A DNA stretch of 35,027 bases from an uncultured Eubacteriaceae bacterium (GTDB taxonomy: Bacteria > Bacillota > Clostridia > Eubacteriales > Eubacteriaceae), in NCBI GenBank assembly GCA_947630385.1, contig CANRHG010000001.1, positions 1 to 35,027 of the forward strand, in the 5' to 3' direction. The position numbers were made by a program, and so were the translations under genes. Position 1 is the stretch's first letter. The number at the start of each line of letters is the position of its first letter. Below are positions 26,693 to 35,027 of this stretch, in pieces. The notes under the pieces were generated by a model, which was not told where the DNA came from, ran no database searches, and saw only the letters and a list, made by a program, of their open reading frames with translations.

Positions 26693-27049
26693 TTAGGAAA
26701 AAAGCGCATTATTACGAGATAATATATAAATACAATACTGATTAATATCAATACCTTCTTTTTTAGCATTTTGAGCTAGTATACGATGAAGGCTTTTTGG
26801 AAGTTTAAGTAGGAATTCCCCTGAATAATTTTCTTCAGAATCTGGTAATTTTATGTTATATCCATCTTCTATAGCTGCTTCTAACCAAGCTCTTTTAGCG
26901 TCTTTAGCCATTTCTATAGCTTCTTGGATGGTTTCTCCACAAGTTAAACATCCAGGCAAATCTGGAAAAGAAACAGTGTAACCTCCTTCTATTGTGTCTT
27001 CATAAATCTCCATTGGATAGGATAATTTCATATAGTCATCGATTGTCAT
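26693..27049 (-). CDS. hicB: HicB-family antitoxin (HicB N-terminal fold plus C-terminal ribbon-helix-helix)
   Basis: 118 aa with GGYTVSFPDLPGCLTCGETIQEAIEMAKDA (HicB/UPF0150 fold) and LKLPKSLHRILAQNAKKEGIDINQYCIYIL (RHH DNA-binding). It overlaps hicA by 14 nt. Confidence 0.88.
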   Translation of the reverse strand: MTIDDYMKLSYPMEIYEDTIEGGYTVSFPDLPGCLTCGETIQEAIEMAKDAKRAWLEAAIEDGYNIKLPDSEENYSGEFLLKLPKSLHRILAQNAKKEGIDINQYCIYILSRNNALFS

Positions 27050-27278
27050 TATTTAATTCTCCTTCTACTATTTTTTTAACTTTTTCTACATAAACACGTT
27101 TAATTCTTTTACTTTTTGGAATAGTAATTGAAGGCTCTCCCTCTTTTCTAAAGGTATAGTGACTTCCAGAACTTTTTTTTTCATATCCAAACGATTCAAG
27201 AACTTTACTTAGTTCTTCAAAACGTAAATTATTTGATAAATTATATATACGTTCAATTAGCTTTTGAAATTTAGACAT
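27036..27278 (-). CDS. hicA: HicA-family mRNA interferase toxin
   Basis: 80 aa with LSKVLESFGYEKKSSGSHYTFRKEG..ITIPKS, showing the GSH catalytic motif and double-stranded RNA-binding-like layout of HicA/YcfA. It lies upstream of and overlaps hicB, the canonical order. Confidence 0.82.
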   Translation of the reverse strand: MSKFQKLIERIYNLSNNLRFEELSKVLESFGYEKKSSGSHYTFRKEGEPSITIPKSKRIKRVYVEKVKKIVEGELNNDNR

Positions 27279-27313
27279 TCTATTAAATTTACTAATGAAA
27301 GTTCAGATCTTGA

Positions 27314-27342
27314 ATTTTTCGCAGAAATTGAGGTTTCGTAAA
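27314..27342 (-). promoter_or_regulatory. Candidate hicAB promoter inside the right repeat arm
   Basis: The minus strand reads TTTACG (27342-27337), a 17-nt spacer, then AAAAAT (27319-27314), about 35 nt upstream of the hicA ATG. Weak match; sequence only. Confidence 0.3.
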
Positions 27343-27380
27343 AGAGTGATCTTCGCCTGTAAATCGCAAGAAATTTGCAA
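27321..27380. repeat. Right arm of the imperfect inverted repeat flanking hicAB
   Basis: The reverse complement aligns to 26604-26664 (see left arm). Confidence 0.6.
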
Positions 27381-27389
27381 CACTTTTTC

Positions 27390-27431
27390 AAAAAATAAAA
27401 GCAGTAATCAAACTGAATTCAACTACTGCTT
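27390..27431 (-). terminator. Rho-independent terminator of the nusA...ribF operon
   Basis: The minus strand reads AAGCAGTA(17-nt loop)TACTGCTT followed by TTATTTTTT. The 5' arm overlaps the last codons and stop of ribF. Confidence 0.65.
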
Positions 27432-28336
27432 GCATTTTTGTTTTTCCGGTATAAGAGATTTACTTTGTTGATATCCGACTGAACCTGACCAAACAACTCT
27501 TCCAAACCATTGAACTTGACCTCTCCCCTTATGAATTTTAAGAATTCGAGGTCTACTTCCTTGTTATAAATGTCTTCGTCAAAGTCATAAATATAGGTTT
27601 CAATCGCGTACGGATGATCTTCAAAGGTAGGATTTTTTCCAAGATTGGTCAGACCGTCGTAGGTCTTACCATCTATGGTGATACGGGTAAAGTAAACCCC
27701 ACTTTTAGGCATGAGATATTTTGAGTCGGTATGAAGATTTGCCGTCGGAATGTTAAATTTCCGGCCGAGTTTCTTGCCTTCTTTGATGGTCCCGGAAATT
27801 TTATACGGGTGTCCCAATAACCGGCTGGCTTCTTCCACTTTGCCCAAACTGAGAAGCTCTCGAATATACGTACTGCTTATTTTTTGGTCGTCCGTCATGA
27901 TCGGCGAAACGATATGAACGTCGACGCCGTATTCTTTAGCCAGCTTTTTTAGGTCGTCGGCTTTTCCCTTACCCTTATAGCCAAAACTATAATTATAGCC
28001 GACGACGACGTCTTTAAGGTTAAAGTTCTTTAGTAAAACCTCCTCAAAAAAAGCTTTCGGCTCCATTTTACGCATGTCTTCCGTAAACGCAACGAGATAA
28101 ACCTCATCAATCCCCAAGGATTTGATTTTACGGACTTTATCCTCGTTGCTCATGATCAGTTTAGGCGCATATCTGGGAAAAATTTCCGTAAGTGGATGAT
28201 TTTTAAAGCTAAAAACGCCCGTCTTTAGATTTTTAAGTTTAGCGATTTTTAAGGCCTCTTTAAGAAGTTCCTGGTGGCCCAGGTGAACCCCGTCAAAAAA
28301 GCCTAAAACCAACACTATCGGGTCGTTATTCTTCAT
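27419..28336 (-). CDS. ribF: Bifunctional riboflavin kinase / FMN adenylyltransferase
   Basis: 305 aa with N-terminal GFFDGVHLGHQ (FAD synthetase) and C-terminal GxxLGRKFNIPTANL ... FLKFIRGEVKF (riboflavin kinase). Follows truB. Confidence 0.94.
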   Translation of the reverse strand: MKNNDPIVLVLGFFDGVHLGHQELLKEALKIAKLKNLKTGVFSFKNHPLTEIFPRYAPKLIMSNEDKVRKIKSLGIDEVYLVAFTEDMRKMEPKAFFEEVLLKNFNLKDVVVGYNYSFGYKGKGKADDLKKLAKEYGVDVHIVSPIMTDDQKISSTYIRELLSLGKVEEASRLLGHPYKISGTIKEGKKLGRKFNIPTANLHTDSKYLMPKSGVYFTRITIDGKTYDGLTNLGKNPTFEDHPYAIETYIYDFDEDIYNKEVDLEFLKFIRGEVKFNGLEELFGQVQSDINKVNLLYRKNKNASSS

Positions 28337-29237
28337 TTCTTAACATTTTCCTTGGTTTAACAAAAACCGAATCGTCTCTCCTTGAAACTATACCGATCCC
28401 GTAAAATTTATCACCACAAATTATCTTTACGATCTCTCCGTCAACGTACTCATGGGGCTCTAGAATCAAGTCTTCCGGCTTTAATTCCTGTCCACAGTGG
28501 ATCTTTTTTAAAGAATCCTCTACGACTTCAGCTACTGGATAGTCGAGAACGTCTTTGATCGAAATAAGATGCGACTCTATTTCCGCTTTGTCTAAGTCTT
28601 CTAGAGAAACCGCATCCTTAAGATAAAAGGGGCCAGAGCGCGTTCTTCTTAAATCTCCCATGGTCGACGGAATATCTAATTTCTCACCAAGATCTCGGGC
28701 AATTGAACGGACGTACGTTCCCCGGCTACAGTCTACTTTAAGACGGGCCCTTTTTCCATCGCAATCCAAAAGTTCTAAATCTTTGATAAAGATTCGGTTA
28801 GGCTTTATTTCTACGCTTTCGTTTTTACGGGCGTATTCGTAAAGCTTTTTCCCATTGACTTTTTTTGCCGAATAAATCGGTGGAATCTGATCTTGCTCCC
28901 CTAAAAATGTTGGAATTATTTTTTCTAGGTCTTCGCGTGATAAAGATTCCACCTCTTTTTCTTCGATAATTGTCCCCGTGATGTCGTCTGTATCCGTTTT
29001 TAAACCAAATATGATTTCTGCTTCGTAGGCTTTCTCGTTGTCTTTTATATATTGTAAGTATTTCGTAGCCTCACCCAAGGCTAAGACCAATACCCCCGTC
29101 GCGTTAGGATCGAGCGTTCCGGAATGACCGACTTTTTTTTGGCCCAATTTTTTTCGAACCCGATAAATGACGTCGTGGGAAGTCATTCCTTTATCTTTAT
29201 TAATAACGAGAAAGCCGCTTAGGTTGTCAGATTTCAA
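28326..29237 (-). CDS. truB: tRNA pseudouridine(55) synthase
   Basis: Motifs GFLVINKDKGMTSHDV and GHSGTLDPNATGVL (catalytic Asp), plus a C-terminal PUA-like domain. The start is TTG at 29237 (no upstream ATG). Confidence 0.94.
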   Translation of the reverse strand: MKSDNLSGFLVINKDKGMTSHDVIYRVRKKLGQKKVGHSGTLDPNATGVLVLALGEATKYLQYIKDNEKAYEAEIIFGLKTDTDDITGTIIEEKEVESLSREDLEKIIPTFLGEQDQIPPIYSAKKVNGKKLYEYARKNESVEIKPNRIFIKDLELLDCDGKRARLKVDCSRGTYVRSIARDLGEKLDIPSTMGDLRRTRSGPFYLKDAVSLEDLDKAEIESHLISIKDVLDYPVAEVVEDSLKKIHCGQELKPEDLILEPHEYVDGEIVKIICGDKFYGIGIVSRRDDSVFVKPRKMLRNEE

Positions 29238-30180
29238 AGATCTCTTCTATTTTTCCTAAAATTTCTTTTTTTATCTCTTCCGGATTTCCCTTGACATTAA
29301 ATCCGGCTGCCCGTAAGTGTCCACCGCCACCGTATTCGAGAGCCAGTTTGGAGACGTCAAGATCGTATGGCGACTTCGATCTAACGGAAACCCGAACGTT
29401 TTCCGGCTCGGTTTCTTTGATCAGTACCGAAAGTATCGCCGTATCGAGGTCCATCCCGATGTTTGCGATATCATCGGTGATTTGTAAATCGCCCCCGTTT
29501 TTTTCGATGGTCTCGTACGGAAGGGTGATGACACAAATCTTACCGTCTTTTAAAGTCTCGATCGCTTTGATGGCATCGGCGTACATGTCCAGTTGTTGCT
29601 TCGATTTTTGCTTGTGTAGCCTCTTTGAGACCGGAGCAAAGACGTGGCCGTCTTTGAATAATTCTTCAGCCACGTGAAAGGTCGAAGCTTGTGTGTTTGA
29701 AAACTGAAATGAACCCGTATCGGTACTTATGGCGGTAAAAATCGCTTCTTTCATCTCGTCGTCGAGCTCGATCCCTAGGGTCTCTAACAGCTCGTAGATC
29801 AGCTCGCCCGTAGCTGCCGTTACTTTTACGTAATTGCTCTCTTTATCGTAGGCGTTGCTTTTATGATGATCGATCACGACGAGATCGTCGTATTCCAAGC
29901 TTTCCGGATGGTGGGTAAAATCGTAGGTCGAACAGTCGAGTTGCAGGACCAGGTCATAGTGGTCTTTTAAGTCTTTATTAAATTCCTCGATTTCATTAAA
30001 GAAACGAAGCTTATCCTCGAAATTTTGATCAACGTAATAATCGACTTCTTTTCCCAGTTTCTTAAGACCTTTTCCAAGAGCAACGGTCGAACCAATAGCG
30101 TCCCCGTCCGGTTTTTGATGGGTGATGATCAGGATATTTTTGGCTTTATCGATCTTCTCTAAGACCTTATTCGGTATCAA
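29227..30180 (-). CDS. nrnA: DHH/DHHA1 phosphoesterase, NrnA-type bifunctional oligoribonuclease/pAp phosphatase
   Basis: Motifs HQKPDGDAIGS, DCS, DHH and GGGH(LRAAG), 317 aa. The position between rbfA and truB is common in Clostridia-like genomes. Confidence 0.85.
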   Translation of the reverse strand: MIPNKVLEKIDKAKNILIITHQKPDGDAIGSTVALGKGLKKLGKEVDYYVDQNFEDKLRFFNEIEEFNKDLKDHYDLVLQLDCSTYDFTHHPESLEYDDLVVIDHHKSNAYDKESNYVKVTAATGELIYELLETLGIELDDEMKEAIFTAISTDTGSFQFSNTQASTFHVAEELFKDGHVFAPVSKRLHKQKSKQQLDMYADAIKAIETLKDGKICVITLPYETIEKNGGDLQITDDIANIGMDLDTAILSVLIKETEPENVRVSVRSKSPYDLDVSKLALEYGGGGHLRAAGFNVKGNPEEIKKEILGKIEEIFEI

Positions 30181-30562
30181 GACTACCTTCTTCCGTTAAA
30201 TCGCTGATTTGGCCGGATTCTCTGAGTTCTTCCAAGATCTTATCGATTTTGTTTCCGTATTCGACGGAGTTATCTAATATAAATCTCAAAGCGGGCGTAT
30301 TGTAAGTCGACATCAACTGACTCAGTTCCGTCCTTAGAAAACCGGAAGCGTGTTTTAACGCTTCCATCGCTTCCTTTTTCGTAGCCTCGTCGCCGGGGAT
30401 ACTTACGTAAACCTTGGCTTCCTTTAAATCCGGAGTCGCTTTGACCCGCGTTACGGAGACCGGTACGTCGATGAGCCGTTTGTCTTTAATCTTGTCGCTG
30501 ATAATAATACTTAGGTCCCTTTGTAAGTCCCCGTCTATTCGTTTTAGTCTGTAGCTTGCCAT
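30167..30562 (-). CDS. rbfA: Ribosome-binding factor A
   Basis: The 131-aa sequence is RbfA-like (R..R....L...L..II......D.......TVT.V..S.DL..A.VY). It lies immediately downstream of infB. Confidence 0.92.
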   Translation of the reverse strand: MASYRLKRIDGDLQRDLSIIISDKIKDKRLIDVPVSVTRVKATPDLKEAKVYVSIPGDEATKKEAMEALKHASGFLRTELSQLMSTYNTPALRFILDNSVEYGNKIDKILEELRESGQISDLTEEGSLDTE

Positions 30563-30565
30563 TTT

Positions 30566-33067
30566 TTACAACTCCCTTTGTACCGCTTGCATTTCGTAAG
30601 TTTCAATGATGTCCCCGACTTTGATGTCGTTCATGTTTTCTATTCCGATACCGCACTCAAAGCCTTGGGCGACCTCTCTGACGTCGTCTTTAAAGCGGCG
30701 CAGGGAACTGATGCTACCCTGATAGATGATTACGCCGTCTCTGATCACCCTGGCTTTTTCACCACGGGCTACTTTCCCACTCACAACGTAGGACCCGGCG
30801 ACCATCGTACCGCCCGGAATTCTGAAGACTTCGCGCACTTCCACTTCACCCAGATCTTTTTCGACGAATTCGGGCTCAAGAAGACCTTCCATGGCCTTTT
30901 TGACGTCTTCGATCATGTCGTAAATGACCGTATAATAACGGATGTCGATGTCTTCTTTTTCGGCGGTGGTCTTAGCGATGCGGTCGGAACGCACGTTAAA
31001 GGCCAAAATAAAGGCCTCTGCCGTAGAAGCCAACATAACGTCGGTTTCGTTTACGGCGCCTACCCCACCGTGGATCACATTGACGCGGATCTCGTCGTTG
31101 TTTAACTGTTCGAGCGACTGCCTTATCGCTTCGACCGAACCCTGAACGTCCGCTTTTACGATGATGTTGACGTCCGTCATCTGGCCTTCGCTGATGCGGC
31201 TAAAGAGATCGTCGAGACGGACCGTGCTCGTCTTCTGTTTTTCGAGTTTTTCGATTTCCTTTTGTTGTTCGGCGATCTGGCGCGCCTGCTTTTCGTCTTC
31301 CAGGACGATAAAATCGGAACCCGCTTCCGGAATGTCAGAAAGTCCCGAAATTTCTACCGGCATCGAGGGGCCGGCTTTACGGATTCTTCGGCCTTTGTCG
31401 TCGATCATGGTCCGGACTTTACCGTACGTGGTCCCGGATAAGACGGTATCGCCCGTTTTTAAGGTACCGTGCTTTATAAGTAGGGAAGCGGTTGCGCCTT
31501 TTCCTTTTTTGACTTCGGCTTCAATGACCGAGCCCCGGGCCAGACGGTTGGGATCGGCCTGCAGTTCTTCCATTTCAGCCACTAGTAGGATGTTTTCGAG
31601 TAGCTCGTCGATGTTGGTGCCTTTTTTGGCTGAAATCGGTACGGCGATCGTATCCCCGCCCCATTCTTCGACTAAAATGCCTTGTTCGGTCAGTTCCTGT
31701 TTGACGCGTTCAGGGTTCGCGCCTTCTTTATCTATTTTATTGATGGCAACAATAATCGGGACGCCCGCTACTTTCGCGTGGTTGATGGCTTCAATCGTCT
31801 GTGGCATGACCCCGTCGTCGGCCGCTACTACCAAAACGGCAATATCGGTCATTTGGGCCCCTCTTGAGCGCATCGCGGTAAAAGCCGCGTGCCCCGGCGT
31901 GTCAATAAACGTGATTTTTTCGTTATTGACCACGACGGTATAAGCGCCGATGTGTTGGGTGATCCCGCCTGCCTCTCCGGCCGTTACGTTGGTCTTACGG
32001 ATCTTGTCTAGCAGGGAAGTCTTACCGTGGTCGACGTGACCCATGACGGTAACGACCGGTGGCCTTTTGACTTCCTTTCCGGTCACGACCGAATCGTAAT
32101 CGCTGTAGATCTTTTCCATCACGTCTTCGGTCGTAATGGGTCTTACCTCGTAGCCGAGATCCGAACAGACGATTTGCGCCGTTTCCGCGTCGATCTTTTG
32201 GTTGATCGTAGCCATGGTCCCGTTTTGCATCAAGACTTTTATGATTTCCGTAGCAGAAATATCTAAAGTGTCCGCTAAGTCGCCAACCGTCAAAATTTCA
32301 GGGATTTCATAAACGCGGTTCTTCTTTTGGTCTAATTTCTTTTCTTCACGCTGTTTTTTATAATCTACCCGTTTACTCTTTGTCTTTTTACTGTTATCCC
32401 GTAGCTTGATCGGCCGTTCTTGTTTCTTTTCGTGATAGGTCTTTTTCTGTTTTCTTCCCTGCTTTTGGTTAGAGGGAGAATTTGGTTGAGCGTTTGGTTT
32501 GGCCTGTGGTGCGTTTTTCTTTTGTTGCGGCCGACTCCGTTTTGGCTTTTCCTGAGGCTTTTTCGCCTGCTGCTGTTGTTCTTGCTTAGGCTTATTTGCC
32601 TGACTCTGATTTTTTGAACGGTTTCTGTTGCGGTTGCGTCTTCTACGACTCCGTCTTTCAGGATTTTCCTGTGCTTTTTTTTCTTGTGGTTTACCAGTCT
32701 GTTCCTTCGCTTGTTTCCCCTCTTTTGGTTGCGTCTTCATCTGAGAAACTTCGCGGTTGTCGTTTGATCCTTTCTTCGGTCTTCTGCGTCTCGACTGGTT
32801 TTGCTTTTTAGAAACAGTTTGACTGGGTTTATCTTTTTGAGGTTTGGCTTGCTTCGGTTTTGATTCATCCTTGTTGGACTTTTCTTTGCCCGTAGACGGA
32901 TCTTTGGGTTTCTTCTTGAACGTTTTTTTGATGTTTTCGACTTGTTCTTCGGACAAAACGCTCATATGATTTTTTATTTCATAGCCGTGCTTTTGTAGAA
33001 AGTTTACAAAATCTTTGCTCGAAACCCCGAACTCCTTAGCTAACTGATAAACTCTTTCCTTCGACAT
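30566..33067 (-). CDS. infB: Translation initiation factor IF-2
   Basis: N-terminal [23 protein letters not shown], a long K/R/Q-rich linker, G domain [12 protein letters not shown] / DTPGH / NKID, and C-terminal domains. The ATG at 33067 has GGAG 5 nt upstream; the track start at 33073 is GTG. Confidence 0.96.
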   Translation of the reverse strand: MSKERVYQLAKEFGVSSKDFVNFLQKHGYEIKNHMSVLSEEQVENIKKTFKKKPKDPSTGKEKSNKDESKPKQAKPQKDKPSQTVSKKQNQSRRRRPKKGSNDNREVSQMKTQPKEGKQAKEQTGKPQEKKAQENPERRSRRRRNRNRNRSKNQSQANKPKQEQQQQAKKPQEKPKRSRPQQKKNAPQAKPNAQPNSPSNQKQGRKQKKTYHEKKQERPIKLRDNSKKTKSKRVDYKKQREEKKLDQKKNRVYEIPEILTVGDLADTLDISATEIIKVLMQNGTMATINQKIDAETAQIVCSDLGYEVRPITTEDVMEKIYSDYDSVVTGKEVKRPPVVTVMGHVDHGKTSLLDKIRKTNVTAGEAGGITQHIGAYTVVVNNEKITFIDTPGHAAFTAMRSRGAQMTDIAVLVVAADDGVMPQTIEAINHAKVAGVPIIVAINKIDKEGANPERVKQELTEQGILVEEWGGDTIAVPISAKKGTNIDELLENILLVAEMEELQADPNRLARGSVIEAEVKKGKGATASLLIKHGTLKTGDTVLSGTTYGKVRTMIDDKGRRIRKAGPSMPVEISGLSDIPEAGSDFIVLEDEKQARQIAEQQKEIEKLEKQKTSTVRLDDLFSRISEGQMTDVNIIVKADVQGSVEAIRQSLEQLNNDEIRVNVIHGGVGAVNETDVMLASTAEAFILAFNVRSDRIAKTTAEKEDIDIRYYTVIYDMIEDVKKAMEGLLEPEFVEKDLGEVEVREVFRIPGGTMVAGSYVVSGKVARGEKARVIRDGVIIYQGSISSLRRFKDDVREVAQGFECGIGIENMNDIKVGDIIETYEMQAVQREL

Positions 33068-33092
33068 TTCCACTCCCCTTCTAGCTGTGCAA

Positions 33093-33389
33093 TTATTTCA
33101 TGTCTTCCTCGCTTACAGCTTTAAAATTTTCTAAGATCTCATCTTTGACGTTTTTAATCTGCTCGTTGTCAAAGTTGGTCTTAAAAGTTCTGTTTAATAA
33201 ATTCTTTTCCATAAACTTATCGATACAGTGAGGATCGCTACAAATGTAGGCCCCTCTTCCGTTCATTTTCCCCGTAGGGTCGTAGTGGAGGTTTCCTTCT
33301 TTATCTTTGACGATGCGAAGCAAATCCCTTTTTTCAAATTTTTTCCTACAAACGATACAGGTACGTTCGGGCTTTTTCTTTTGTTTCAT
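33093..33389 (-). CDS. ylxR: YlxR/RnpM family RNA-binding protein (DUF448)
   Basis: Motifs PERTCIVCRKKFEKRDLLRIV and GRGAYIC, between nusA and infB. The ATG at 33389 gives the family-typical MKQKKKPERTC N-terminus; the track start at 33413 is GTG. Confidence 0.88.
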   Translation of the reverse strand: MKQKKKPERTCIVCRKKFEKRDLLRIVKDKEGNLHYDPTGKMNGRGAYICSDPHCIDKFMEKNLLNRTFKTNFDNEQIKNVKDEILENFKAVSEEDMK

Positions 33390-33419
33390 GTGTTTCTTAT
33401 CCGAACGGATCACAATGGA

Positions 33420-34607
33420 TCATTCATCAAATTCCATAAAATTAAGAAGATTTTCGGCGTCGAAAACTTCCGTGTCTTCGTCGATGAACAGATCGTCTTC
33501 ATCGAAATCGCTCAGATCTGGCGCTTCGGCTTCCGTGAATTCTTCTTCGAAATTCGGATTTTCTTCCAAAAGTTCCTGGAATTCTTTCGTGCTTTTTATA
33601 TCAATCTTCCAACCCGTCAGTTTTGCGGCCAGTTTGACGTTTAGCCCGTCTTTGCCGATCGCCAAGGAAAGCTGGAAATCGTCGACGACGACCAGGGCTC
33701 TCTTCTTTTGCGGGTTGATCAGGATTTTTTCGATTTGGGCCGGGCTTAACGCGTTCGCAATAAATTCTTCGTTGTCTTTTGAAAAGCGTACGATGTCAAT
33801 TTTTTCGCCGTTTAATTCGTCCGAGATACTTTGCACCCTGGTCCCTTTCGGACCGACACAAGCCCCGACCGCGTCGAGCCCTTCTTTGGCCGAAGTGACG
33901 GCAATTTTGGTCCTCGATCCGGCTTCGCGGGAGACCCCGATGATCTGAACCTGCCCGTTGTAGATTTCGGGGACCTCTTCTTCAAATAGGCGCGTCACAA
34001 GCCCCGGATGGGTTCGGGACAGACGAATCTGCGAGCCCTTGGAGGACTTCTTTACGCTGACGATATAGGTCTTGATGCGCTGTCCCCTGGTATAGGATTC
34101 GTCTTTTATCTGCTCGCTCACGGGCAGGATCCCTTCGGCCGTTCCGATGTTGATGAGCGCGTTGTTTTTGTCGAAGCGGGTGATCGTACCGTTGATCATC
34201 TCTTCTTCACGGTCGATGTATTGGTCGTAGACCATGGCGCGTTCGGCATCTTTGATCTTTTGAATGATCAACTGTTTCGCGTTTTGCGCGGCGATCCGAC
34301 CGAAGTCTTTGGGCGTGATCACGTTCATGTAAACGTCCCCGACCTGTAGCGTCGGATCGAGCTTTTTGACCTCTTCAATTGAGATCTCGTTTTTTGGATC
34401 CACGACGTTTTCGACGATGTTTCTCTTTTCATAAACCGTGATCTCTCCGGTATCCCGGTCCAGGGTCACGTCTACCCGCGTCGAATCACGGTAATTTCTC
34501 TGGTAGGCACTTTTGATCGAGGTCTCAATGGCCTTGAGCAGCTCTTCTTTATCGATATTTTTTTCTTCCTGTAGGTTGTTTAAAGCGTTTATAAAATCTT
34601 CGTTCAT
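33420..34607 (-). CDS. nusA: Transcription termination/antitermination factor NusA
   Basis: N-terminal domain, S1 domain (GTITRFDKNNALINIG), two KH domains (GACVGPKGTRVQ; LAIGKDGLNVKLA) and an acidic tail. ATGA overlap with rimP. Confidence 0.96.
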   Translation of the reverse strand: MNEDFINALNNLQEEKNIDKEELLKAIETSIKSAYQRNYRDSTRVDVTLDRDTGEITVYEKRNIVENVVDPKNEISIEEVKKLDPTLQVGDVYMNVITPKDFGRIAAQNAKQLIIQKIKDAERAMVYDQYIDREEEMINGTITRFDKNNALINIGTAEGILPVSEQIKDESYTRGQRIKTYIVSVKKSSKGSQIRLSRTHPGLVTRLFEEEVPEIYNGQVQIIGVSREAGSRTKIAVTSAKEGLDAVGACVGPKGTRVQSISDELNGEKIDIVRFSKDNEEFIANALSPAQIEKILINPQKKRALVVVDDFQLSLAIGKDGLNVKLAAKLTGWKIDIKSTKEFQELLEENPNFEEEFTEAEAPDLSDFDEDDLFIDEDTEVFDAENLLNFMEFDE

Positions 34608-35027
34608 ATCTCAATGTATGGACTGGCCTTTGCGATCTCATCGAATTCAAAGGCAATCTCTCCTTTATCGGTTTGGAGGACAATTCCGTCGTCGTCGACT
34701 TTTTTTAATATGCCTTCAAAATGTTTGTCTTTGTTGAATTTCTTAAATAAATTGACTTCTATTTTACTGTCGATGTTCTTTTTGTAGTCGTCCAGACTTT
34801 TAAAGGGCCGGTCAATTCCAGGTGAAGAAACTTCCAATATATAGGATTGTTCGATCGGGTCGGTCTCATCCAAATACGGGGACAAGACGTTATTGATGAT
34901 TTCACAGTCCTGGATCGTAATTCCTCCCGGCTTGTCGATGTAAGCGGTCAGGATCCAGTCCGGGCCCACTTTTTCAAAAGTCACGTCGACGCATTCGTAA
35001 CCCGTTTTTTCGATAACGGGCTTAAGT
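34604..35027 (-). CDS. rimP: Ribosome maturation factor RimP (5' end outside the window)
   Basis: The reading frame stays open to the window edge (...LKPVIEKTGYECVDVTFEKVGPDWILTAYIDKPGGITIQDCE...LEVSSPGIDRP). This is a typical RimP sequence, upstream of nusA. Confidence 0.9.
   Translation of the reverse strand, partial: LKPVIEKTGYECVDVTFEKVGPDWILTAYIDKPGGITIQDCEIINNVLSPYLDETDPIEQSYILEVSSPGIDRPFKSLDDYKKNIDSKIEVNLFKKFNKDKHFEGILKKVDDDGIVLQTDKGEIAFEFDEIAKASPYIEI

Noticed and set aside
31161-31943. Long plus-strand ORFs antisense to core genes. Examples are 31161-31943 (260 aa) opposite infB, 33307-33948 (213 aa) opposite nusA, 14453-15055 (200 aa) opposite rsmB/rlmN, 30578-31105, 865-1251, and many ORFs of 60-130 aa.
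   Set aside because: All lie fully inside strongly supported minus-strand genes. Their translations are low-complexity and S/F/L-rich with no recognisable motifs, and they lack start context. They are shadow ORFs produced by the codon bias of the real genes.
1-35027. Search by eye for CRISPR arrays, tRNA or rRNA genes, riboswitch-like leaders (for example FMN near ribF, TPP near thiN, T-box), and in-frame TGA recoding.
   Set aside because: I saw no regularly spaced direct repeats. No intergenic region was long enough with cloverleaf or riboswitch-like structure next to those genes, because they are embedded in overlapping operons. TGA clearly functions as a stop.

Overview
This window is mostly a conserved Bacillota (Firmicutes)-type core-genome segment, almost all on the minus strand. 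It reads with the standard genetic code, since TGA is used as a stop. Two classic synteny blocks are present. The first is rimP-nusA-ylxR-infB-rbfA-nrnA-truB-ribF. The second is yicC-gmk-rpoZ-priA-def-fmt-rsmB-rlmN-prpC-prkC-rsgA-thiN, then divergent rpmB, then yloU(asp23)-yloV-recG-rsmD-coaD. Many genes in these blocks overlap by 1-30 nt, which suggests translational coupling. Between the blocks lie dapF, a divergent rqcH (NFACT/FbpA) and a large fused MacB-type ABC transporter.

Two small regions look accessory; by eye they are more AT-rich and CpG-poor, but I did not compute this.
- A ~3.4-kb insertion sits between yloU and rpmB. It holds an orphan XRE regulator, a complete ISAs1-family IS with CAGGG-type terminal inverted repeats, the 5' stump of a gene cut by that IS, and about 600 bp of ORF-free DNA.
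- A hicA-hicB toxin-antitoxin cassette sits between the ABC transporter and ribF. It is bracketed by ~60-nt imperfect inverted repeats.

I found no rRNA, tRNA or CRISPR array, and no convincing multi-gene novel system. The observations most worth a second look are a PriA homologue whose helicase ATPase motifs all appear degenerate, the repeat-bounded hicAB unit, the oversized ISAs1 element with a basic insertion in its transposase, and a few unusual expression signals. Several ORF-track starts are non-ATG maximal extensions, and I trimmed them where a homology-consistent start with a Shine-Dalgarno (SD) sequence exists.
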